NCBI GenBank assembly: GCA_942492895.1
Contig: OW818652.1
Span: 532,462 to 556,461 of the forward strand
Reading direction: 5' to 3'
Source: Candidatus Electrothrix laxa
GTDB taxonomy: Bacteria > Desulfobacterota > Desulfobulbia > Desulfobulbales > Desulfobulbaceae
DNA: 24,000 nucleotides
Notes under the pieces: generated by a model
Told to the model about the DNA's origin: nothing
The model's input: only the letters and a program-made list of their open reading frames with translations
Database searches by the model: none
Position numbers and translations under genes: made by a program
Part shown: piece after piece, positions 1 to 6,631 of the stretch
Position numbering within the stretch: position 1 is the first letter of the stretch
Layout of the letters: each line of letters begins with the position of its first letter

Positions 1-1
1 G

Positions 2-1561
2 ATCAAAGGAAAGGTGGAGCGGCGTCCGGGCGACATGGCCAATACCAAGCTGCAAACCGGTGAAATAGAGGTGCTGGTGAGTGAGCTGACCATCCTCAAT
101 ACCAGCAAGACCCCGCCGTTCCCCTTGGATGAGATCAGCGAGATCTCGGATAATCTCCGTCTTCAGTACCGCTATCTTGACCTCCGTCGACCGGAAATCG
201 CCAACAATCTGATCATGCGTCATAAGGCGGTTCAGACCGTCCGTAATTATCTCACGGAAAGCGATTTTCTGGAGATCGAGACACCCATGCTCACCCGCTC
301 CACCCCGGAAGGCGCTCGTGATTATTTGGTACCCAGCCGGGTTAATGCAGGCAAGTTTTATGCTCTGCCCCAGTCTCCGCAGCTATTTAAGCAGATGCTG
401 ATGATCGCCGGGATGGAACGCTACTTTCAGGTCGTCAAGTGCTTCCGTGATGAGGATTTGCGTGCTGATCGCCAGCCGGAATTCACCCAGATCGATATGG
501 AGCTGAGTTTTGTCGGTGAGGATGACATCATCCAGATCAGTGAAGGCATGGTCAAGGCCGTGTTCAAGGCGACTCGGGATATAGACCTGGAGCCTCCTTT
601 CCGTCGAATGAAATACGACGAGGCTGTTGCTCGTTACGGAACAGATCGCCCGGATACCCGCTTCGGCCTAGAGCTGACCGACCTGACTGAAACCCTGCGC
701 GGTTGCGGCTTTAAAGTGTTTAACTCCATCATTGAAAAGGGCGGGGCAGTCAAGGCGATCAATGCCAAGGGCTGCGCGACCTTCTCCCGCAAGGATCTGG
801 ACGATTTGACCAACTTTGCTGGCACCTTCGGGGCCAAGGGTATGGCTTGGATCAAGATAAAAGAGGAAGGGTGGCAGTCGCCCATCACCAAGTTTTTTAA
901 CGAGGACGAGCTGGCCGCTATGGGTAAGGCTCTGGATGCTGAGCCGGGCGATCTGATCCTGTTCGGTGCGGACGATGCGTCCACGGTGAATCAAGTCTTG
1001 GCCGAGTTGCGTCTGGAGCTGGCCCGTCGGCTTGATCTCCTGGATAAGAATACCTTTGATTTCCTCTGGATCACCGACTTCCCCTTAGTCGAGTATGATA
1101 GCGAACGGAAACGGTATTCTTCTGTGCATCATCCGTTCACCGCCCCTTTTGAAGAGCATCTTGACATGCTGGAAAGCGATCCGGGCAAGGTGAAGAGTCG
1201 GGCCTACGATCTGGTCCTGAACGGCAATGAGATCGGTGGCGGTTCCATTCGTATCCATCAGCCGGATATCCAGGCACGGGTGCTCAAGGTATTGGGGATT
1301 GATAAGGAAGAGGCTGAGGATAAATTTGGTTTTCTCCTCAATGCTCTGGAGTTCGGGGCACCGCCCCACGGCGGCATTGCCTTTGGTGTGGATCGCCTAC
1401 TGATGATCCTGACCGGTTCGAGCTCCATCCGGGACGTGATCGCTTTTCCTAAAACCCAGAAGGCTACCTGTCCGCTTACCGAGGCTCCGGCTTCGGTTGC
1501 CAGGAAGCAGCTTACTGAGTTGCATTTGCGACCTGATTGGAAAGAGGAGAAGAAAGAGTAG
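2..1561 (+). CDS. aspS: aspartyl-tRNA synthetase, 5'-truncated by the window edge (C-terminal ~520 aa)
   Basis: The frame is open from nt 2 (IKGKVERRPGDMANTKLQTGEIEV, the end of the OB anticodon-binding domain). Class II motifs are present: FRDEDLRADRQPEFTQID and GGIAFGVDRLLM. A GAD-type insertion lies between them. The stop is at 1559-1561, followed by a terminator. Confidence 0.97.
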   Translation: MKGKVERRPGDMANTKLQTGEIEVLVSELTILNTSKTPPFPLDEISEISDNLRLQYRYLDLRRPEIANNLIMRHKAVQTVRNYLTESDFLEIETPMLTRSTPEGARDYLVPSRVNAGKFYALPQSPQLFKQMLMIAGMERYFQVVKCFRDEDLRADRQPEFTQIDMELSFVGEDDIIQISEGMVKAVFKATRDIDLEPPFRRMKYDEAVARYGTDRPDTRFGLELTDLTETLRGCGFKVFNSIIEKGGAVKAINAKGCATFSRKDLDDLTNFAGTFGAKGMAWIKIKEEGWQSPITKFFNEDELAAMGKALDAEPGDLILFGADDASTVNQVLAELRLELARRLDLLDKNTFDFLWITDFPLVEYDSERKRYSSVHHPFTAPFEEHLDMLESDPGKVKSRAYDLVLNGNEIGGGSIRIHQPDIQARVLKVLGIDKEEAEDKFGFLLNALEFGAPPHGGIAFGVDRLLMILTGSSSIRDVIAFPKTQKATCPLTEAPASVARKQLTELHLRPDWKEEKKE

Positions 1562-1586
1562 CCTGACTCTACCGATCCCGCCTGCC

Positions 1587-1626
1587 GATCCCGGTTCCCA
1601 GCACTGCTTGGGCCGGGATTTTTTTG
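1587..1626 (+). terminator. Rho-independent terminator of aspS
   Basis: GATCCCGG...CCGGGATT stem (1587-1594 pairs with 1613-1620) with partly paired inner arms, followed by a T7 run (1619-1625). It lies 26 nt after the aspS stop. Confidence 0.7.
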
Positions 1627-1714
1627 CTTTTCTTGTTACTCTTTTCTCTTTACAGAGTAAATGCTTAGCACAAGATCCTCCAGCGCCCCTATATTGACAC
1701 CATTTTTTTCAACA

Positions 1715-3298
1715 ATGAGGAGTATTCCCCTGAATCTAATAATTAATAATTTGTACATTCCTATTGAAAAAGATGGGATGGATGAATATGTACATGCTGC
1801 TTCTAAAAAGATGGGCATAGGCGAAGGGCTATCCATCTCAAAATTTTTGAGTAAATCTCTAGATTTAAGAAATCAAAATCAATTCTATTACATAATGTCA
1901 CTCGTTGTCAGCGTCAGTGACAGCTATGAAAACAAGCAAAACTTCCCCAAATATAGAGAACAAATAAAAGAAACCAGGAAGGCAGCAAGCGTTAAGGCTA
2001 ACCCTATCATTGTTGGTTTTGGCCCTGCTGGAATATTTGCGGCGCTTGAACTTATAGCTTGTGGGCACAAACCTTTAATCTTCGAACGAGGTGAAAAGTT
2101 AGAGAAACGCTCGATTGATGTTCAAAAATTTATAAAAGAAAAGGTGTTACATCCTGAATCAAATATCCAATTTGGCGAAGGCGGTGCCGGTTCATACTCA
2201 GACGGCAAATTGTTCTCCCGGAGAAATAATAATAAAAGCTCTATAAATCGGGTGTTGAAGACGTTTGTTAAATTTGGTGCGCCCGATGAAATCGGGTACA
2301 TCAGCAAACCACATTTGGGAACGGATGTGTTGTGCAAAATAGTTCGTAATATGAGACGCTATATTCTTGATAGAGGAGGTGAGATACATTACGGCGCAAA
2401 AATGACGGACATCTTGATATCAAAGGGTAAGGCCTCAGGTGTTATAATAAATGGCGAGAAGGAATATCGTTCCTCTCGCATCTATATTGCTTTGGGACAT
2501 TCTGCGCGCGATACAGTTGAGATGATGCATGAAAAAGGTGTTGCTCTTGAGCAGAGGCCGATTTCTGTTGGTGTGAGAATTGAGCATCCTGTCGAGACTA
2601 TAAATCTTATGCGATATGGTGCAAAATATCATAACTTTAAAGAATTAGGCGCTGCCACCTATTCTTTGAATTATACGAACCGAAAAATTAAAAGAGGGGT
2701 TTATACATTCTGCATGTGTCCGGGAGGCGAGGTCGTTAATGCTTCATCCGAGCAAGGCATGTTGGTTTTAAACGGCATGAGCTACTCACGACGATCATCA
2801 CCATTTTCAAATGCAGCGCTGGTTGTACGCTGTCATACTGACGATTATACATCAATCAGTCCATTGGCTGGCATAACATTCCAAAAAGACATTGAGCGAA
2901 AGGCCTTTAACGAAGGAGGGAAAAACTGGAAAGTCCCTGCCCAAAATTTGATGAATTTTTTAGGAGAGAAGGGCTCTGCTGACTTACATGAAAACTCGTA
3001 TAAGATGGGAGTCGTTCCTGCTGATATGAATGACATCTTTCCTGAATTTGTGATTGATCAACTGTTGGCGGCATTTAATAAATGGAAAGAAGAAGTACCC
3101 TTATTTGTTTCAAATCAGGCGATATTATTAGGTGCGGAAACAAGAACGTCATCTCCTGTACGGATTAAACGCAATGACAACTTTGAATCAGTAAATATAA
3201 AAAACTTGTATCCAATAGGCGAAGGTTCAGGTTATACCGGCGGAATAACGAGTTCTGCCGCTGATGCTATAAGGGCTGTTGAACTCCACGAATTGTAA
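1715..3298 (+). CDS. FAD-dependent protein of the COG2509 family (uncharacterised NAD(FAD)-utilising dehydrogenase)
   Basis: Dinucleotide-binding motif IIVGFGPAGIFAALEL, then GEGGAGSYSDGKL and a C-terminal GEGSGYTGGITSSAADA. The N-terminal LIINNLYIPIEKD...SLDLRN resembles the small N-domain of this family. Start chosen at M19 (ATG 1715); the ORF-track start at 1661 lies within about 35 nt of the aspS terminator. No clear SD. AT-rich codon usage. Confidence 0.8.
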   Translation: MRSIPLNLIINNLYIPIEKDGMDEYVHAASKKMGIGEGLSISKFLSKSLDLRNQNQFYYIMSLVVSVSDSYENKQNFPKYREQIKETRKAASVKANPIIVGFGPAGIFAALELIACGHKPLIFERGEKLEKRSIDVQKFIKEKVLHPESNIQFGEGGAGSYSDGKLFSRRNNNKSSINRVLKTFVKFGAPDEIGYISKPHLGTDVLCKIVRNMRRYILDRGGEIHYGAKMTDILISKGKASGVIINGEKEYRSSRIYIALGHSARDTVEMMHEKGVALEQRPISVGVRIEHPVETINLMRYGAKYHNFKELGAATYSLNYTNRKIKRGVYTFCMCPGGEVVNASSEQGMLVLNGMSYSRRSSPFSNAALVVRCHTDDYTSISPLAGITFQKDIERKAFNEGGKNWKVPAQNLMNFLGEKGSADLHENSYKMGVVPADMNDIFPEFVIDQLLAAFNKWKEEVPLFVSNQAILLGAETRTSSPVRIKRNDNFESVNIKNLYPIGEGSGYTGGITSSAADAIRAVELHEL

Positions 3299-3316
3299 GA
3301 AATTGAAGAGAGAAAA

Positions 3317-3793
3317 ATGAAAATACGCAAGCTTACTCCAGAAAATTTTGGCAAAGCCTATGCATTATTGCGTCAGGCGTTTCCTCGTAGCACATATGAA
3401 ATGCAATTAGCTGAAAAATTTCACAAGAATGGAAGGGGAGTTCATGAATGGGTGTGTATTCACACTAACACAGTAATTGGCTATATTGCTTTTTCTCATG
3501 CCTATAATGGCTCTGACATCTGCGGCTTGCATTTGGGGCCGATGGCTGTAAAATCGGATTTTCAACAACAAGGGGTAGGCTCAGAGTTGCTTCGTTTTGC
3601 CTTGAGGCAGCCTGAAATAAAGGATAAAACCATTTTTGTCTTGGGTGAGCCGAATTTTTATAAGAAATTTGGGTTTGAACTTTGTGCAGCACCAATTTGC
3701 CCATTTGACAAAAACAATACCCATTTTTTGGGTATACGCAACAACTCAAATAACCAGTTCACTGTGGGATATGAATCTGAGTTTTATAAATAA
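3317..3793 (+). CDS. GNAT family N-acetyltransferase (YhbS/COG3153-like)
   Basis: 158 aa with the acetyl-CoA motif QQQGVGSELLRFAL and a C-terminal FYKKFGF. It starts 18 nt after the upstream gene, on the same strand, with the same AT-rich composition. Confidence 0.8.
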   Translation: MKIRKLTPENFGKAYALLRQAFPRSTYEMQLAEKFHKNGRGVHEWVCIHTNTVIGYIAFSHAYNGSDICGLHLGPMAVKSDFQQQGVGSELLRFALRQPEIKDKTIFVLGEPNFYKKFGFELCAAPICPFDKNNTHFLGIRNNSNNQFTVGYESEFYK

Positions 3794-3811
3794 TTTATTC
3801 GCAGCATTATA

Positions 3812-3883
3812 TTCCGGGGCACCGCACCCCACGGCGGTATTGCCTTTGGTGTGGATCGTCTGCTTATGTCCTGAAGGATCGAG
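3812..3883 (+). pseudogene. 72-bp relic of the aspS 3' region (homologous to 1352-1422)
   Basis: Direct nucleotide alignment to aspS 1352-1422. The core CACGGCGGTATTGCCTTTGGTGTGGATCGTCTGCTTATG encodes HGGIAFGVDRLLM and differs from aspS at 4 positions, all third-codon and synonymous. Flanks contain indels, and homology ends at TCGAG (3883). Confidence 0.85.
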
Positions 3884-3892
3884 TATTTTGAA

Positions 3893-5218
3893 ATGAAGTC
3901 GTATCCGAAAAAAATATACATATCTGCTTCATGGCATGAAACTGAGGCAGTATTCCCAGCATTTCTGATCGAAAAATTTATTGATCAGAATGTAACAATT
4001 GTCGGAGATCACCCAGATTACAAAGAGGATGATCCTTTTGACAGGTCATGGGTGGCTCGAATTCATAAGTTGATTTCCGACTGTAGCGCATTAGTTGCGG
4101 TGTTTCCAAAACGTACGGATGTTCAAACTACTTCACCATACATGTTTCCAGAAATTATTTCGGCAGCTCTTCATAATATTCCTATCTTGATGTTTTCACA
4201 GAGCGGGGTGTTGATAAAGTCAATAAAGACTAAGTCCGGTTACAATTTGCATTTTGGTGATTCTGATAAAAAAGAAACCCTTAACTCCCTTGATATTGTT
4301 AAAAATAAATTTTGCCTAGATGAAATAGACAGATTTCTTAGTGATATATCGATCTTGAAACTATCTACTGAATCTGAGATAAGTGGACCTTACGAACTTC
4401 TTGGCGATGACAAAATTGAAGATATTGTAGGACGATTTGTAAAAGGTAGTAAAAGGCCTTGTCGAGAATCTTACGTCTTTAACATAATACCCTTTTCTTT
4501 AGTAGGTAGAGAGCACAAAGAAATTTCAAAGGCAGTGTTTGAAGAGACAGGATTGCCTTGTGTTACTGCATTAGATTCTATTGGCGACTCCCAAGATATG
4601 CGCTCGAAGTGGAAGGAGTCTTTATCTAACGCAGAATTTGTAATTGTCGAGCTATCTCAATTAAGAGATGCTTGTATATTTGAAGCAGGTATAGCTGTTG
4701 GGATGGGGACTGATGTGTATGTATTAACTGGAAAAAACAAAATATCAATTCCATATGGCTTAGATGATAAGCCATTAAGAGTTTATTCTTCTCTAAGCCA
4801 GTTAAGAACATTGGTCAAAGAAGTATGCTGTAAGGAATATAAAAGAAAGGTTTACAACCTTGATCCAATATATAATAAGTCTTTGCTAATTGGTGGGGTT
4901 GCCAATGGTGTTCCAGAGTGGTTATATGAAGCAGAAAAAAGATTTACCCCAATTCATGCATATACTGCATCCTCGTGGCTAATTAGTGTATCTATTGCCA
5001 TAATAATATGGATAATATTTTTGAATTATGGCGCATCTGATTCACCCCTGTCGTATGTAAGTATGGGTATAAGCCTAGTATTTGGTATTGTTCCTCATCT
5101 TCGAGGTGTTAGGGAAAGTGTAGAAAATAAAATATTGGAGAGATATAGCAGAATATTTTTTTCTTCATTAGGTGTATTTATTCTATGCGTATCTGCTTTG
5201 GTGTTTTCTTACCTATAA
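3893..5218 (+). CDS. hypothetical membrane protein: two tandem nucleoside 2-deoxyribosyltransferase/TIR-like (SLOG-type Rossmannoid) domains plus 3 C-terminal TM helices
   Basis: Domain 1 (aa 5-105): KKIYISAS..VTIVGD..ISDCSALVAVF..SPYMFPEIISAALHNIPILMF. Domain 2 (aa 192-310): YVFNIIPF..NAEFVIVELS..DACIFEAGIAVGMGTDVYVLT. Both show the strand-helix pattern with an acidic residue before a small-residue helix (E87, E264). The hydrophobic segments are aa ~360-380, 386-403 and 421-441. A strong terminator follows. No SD. Coding confidence is high; the domain assignment comes from pattern recall only. Confidence 0.75.
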   Translation: MKSYPKKIYISASWHETEAVFPAFLIEKFIDQNVTIVGDHPDYKEDDPFDRSWVARIHKLISDCSALVAVFPKRTDVQTTSPYMFPEIISAALHNIPILMFSQSGVLIKSIKTKSGYNLHFGDSDKKETLNSLDIVKNKFCLDEIDRFLSDISILKLSTESEISGPYELLGDDKIEDIVGRFVKGSKRPCRESYVFNIIPFSLVGREHKEISKAVFEETGLPCVTALDSIGDSQDMRSKWKESLSNAEFVIVELSQLRDACIFEAGIAVGMGTDVYVLTGKNKISIPYGLDDKPLRVYSSLSQLRTLVKEVCCKEYKRKVYNLDPIYNKSLLIGGVANGVPEWLYEAEKRFTPIHAYTASSWLISVSIAIIIWIIFLNYGASDSPLSYVSMGISLVFGIVPHLRGVRESVENKILERYSRIFFSSLGVFILCVSALVFSYL

Positions 5219-5297
5219 AACGAACATAACAAAAGAAATTAACACGGATGTTTTTCTGCGGTGTTTGAGCTGTACTAGCTGGTGTAAGTCCGTAAAA

Positions 5298-5348
5298 GGG
5301 GCAGAGCAAAATTAAATAATAATTTTGCTCTGCCCCTCTTTATTCTTT
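5298..5348 (+). terminator. Rho-independent terminator closing the AT-rich island
   Basis: Perfect 16-bp stem: GGGGCAGAGCAAAATT (5298-5313) pairs with AATTTTGCTCTGCCCC (5321-5336). The loop is 7 nt, followed by TCTTTATTCTTT. Confidence 0.8.
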
Positions 5349-5360
5349 GATGCTGTACGG

Positions 5361-5398
5361 AACGGGCGATTTGCTCCTGATCGCCCGTTATATTTTTA
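5361..5398 (+). terminator. second hairpin/terminator
   Basis: 10-bp stem: AACGGGCGAT (5361-5370) pairs with ATCGCCCGTT (5380-5389). The loop is 9 nt, followed by ATATTTTTATA. Confidence 0.5.
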
Positions 5399-5399
5399 T

Positions 5400-5620
5400 A
5401 TGAAAGTGACCAGTACATAGGCATTCAGACCTTCAGCGAAATCCGTGAAGAAGAATACCGCTACGTTGATAAAACAAAAATAGCTTTTGAGCTGATCAAC
5501 AACGGGAAATACTATTTTCTCTCCCGCCCTCGCCGCTTCGGCAAGAGCCTTTTTCTTTCCACCTTGAACAAGACCTTTCCGCAGAGAAAAATGTTAGATT
5601 TTACAGACGGAACAGGCTAG
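5400..5620 (+). pseudogene. 5' relic (~50 codons) of an AAA-ATPase_like/PDDEXK_9 family gene, paralogous to the gene at 6632
   Basis: 5416-5566 aligns without gaps to 6646-6796 with 9 mismatches in 151 nt. It encodes [50 protein letters not shown]. The candidate ATG at 5400 is out of frame with this stretch. Homology stops at 5566 and the frame ends at TAG 5618-5620. Confidence 0.85.
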
Positions 5621-5741
5621 ACTAAATAAAGGATAAAGAAAACGTGGAATAAATCACCGGAGGAATCGCTTAACTTTTGGGCGTAAAATTATCGCATCCC
5701 CTTGACCCCTCGGAAATATGTTTATTCAAACGAGGAAATAA

Positions 5742-6032
5742 ATGAAAAAAAACAAAGAACAGCATACAACATCGCTGGCAAGGATTCTTCCGCTTGTTGA
5801 ATCGTTGCCGCAGGCGGATAAATTCCAGCTCATGCAGTCGTTGCTCACCCAACTTGCTTGGGAGCAGGGGCTTTCTCTGCAAAGGTGGAACAAAGTCAAG
5901 AGCAGTCAGGGGAAGCGCATGGCGGCTGTTTTGCAACGGATGGCGGACAGACACGCTTTGTCGCATATTGATGATCCGGCAGCTTGGCAGCGGGAAATTC
6001 GAAAAGACCGGCCATTGCCGGGCAGGGAGTAG
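5742..6032 (+). CDS. putative antitoxin (partner of the downstream PIN/VapC toxin)
   Basis: 96 aa with an SD (GAGGA) 5 nt upstream of the ATG. Its stop lies 3 nt before the vapC ATG, with GGGAG as the SD for vapC. The C-terminal tail DPAAWQREIRKDRPLPGRE looks like tails I recall on antitoxins paired with PIN toxins. Family not firmly recognised. Confidence 0.6.
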   Translation: MKKNKEQHTTSLARILPLVESLPQADKFQLMQSLLTQLAWEQGLSLQRWNKVKSSQGKRMAAVLQRMADRHALSHIDDPAAWQREIRKDRPLPGRE

Positions 6033-6035
6033 GTT

Positions 6036-6510
6036 ATGCTTCTAGACAGCAATGCGATCATCTATTCCATCAAACCTGAATCTGATGCATTGCGTCAACT
6101 GATAGCGGAACATAATCCTTGATGGTTTCGTAAAAAGCCCCATTTTGCGAAAAGTCGCACCGTAACTCATTGAGTTGTCGTTAGCGAATTGCCATTTTCT
6201 GACTTTTTACCAGATCATCAATCCTTCGGTATCGGCTGTCAGTTATGTGGAGGTGCTGGGGTATCATCAATTGACGGTATCGGATAGAGAAGACTTTATT
6301 GAATTTTTCAAGACAGCGCAGATTATTTCTGTTTCACAGCCGGTTTTGGAGCAGGCGGTGGCGTTACGACAGCAGCGCAAAATATCTTTGGGAGATTCCA
6401 TTATTGCGGCAACCGCACTCTTGAACGATTTGACTTTGGTGACGGCAAATGTCTCTGACTTTCGTTGGATTGACAATATCAAGCTGAAGAACCCGTTGAC
6501 TGAATTGTAA
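6036..6510 (+). pseudogene. vapC: PIN-domain VapC toxin gene interrupted by a 99-bp insertion
   Basis: The 5' part encodes MLLDSNAIIYSIKPESDALRQLIAEHNP and then hits a TGA created at the insertion junction. The 3' part (the ORF-track 6175-6510 ORF, in another frame) encodes SVSAVSYVEVLGYHQL...LGDSIIAATALLNDLTLVTANVSDFRWI. Deleting 6121-6226 restores one continuous 122-codon PIN ORF (AEHNPSVSAVSYVEV). Confidence 0.85.
6121..6219. mobile_element. 99-bp MITE-like insertion with imperfect ~17-bp terminal inverted repeats and a 7-bp target site duplication
   Basis: The TSD AATCCTT occurs at 6114-6120 and 6220-6226. The left end is GATGGTTTCGTAAAAAG and the reverse complement of the right end is GATGATCTGGTAAAAAG (14/17 match). 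It has no coding capacity. Its removal restores the vapC frame. Confidence 0.75.
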
Positions 6511-6631
6511 ATTTGACAGATTAAGGCAAGGGAGCCATGCCGCAAAATAACATCCCCGAACAAATCGTCCAACTTCTGGGTGTGGAATTCCTCCCCAATA
6601 ACATCTTACCCCGACACGACATAAAGGAGAG

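Noticed and set aside
634-1369. Three minus-strand ORFs of 94-116 aa
   Set aside because: They are antisense shadows inside aspS.
1661-1714. N-terminal 18-codon extension of the COG2509 gene
   Set aside because: It starts only ~35 nt after the aspS terminator, and family N-termini align from about MRSIPLNLIINNL. The extension is kept only as an alternative start.
3636-3896. 86-aa ORF bridging the GNAT 3' end and the aspS relic
   Set aside because: It overlaps the GNAT gene out of frame, and its 3' part is merely a frameshifted reading of the aspS relic.
5702-5730. Promoter for the antitoxin gene (TTGACC at 5702)
   Set aside because: No acceptable -10 hexamer lies at 16-19 nt spacing (the best are TTCAAA and ATTCAA), so it was not reported as a feature.
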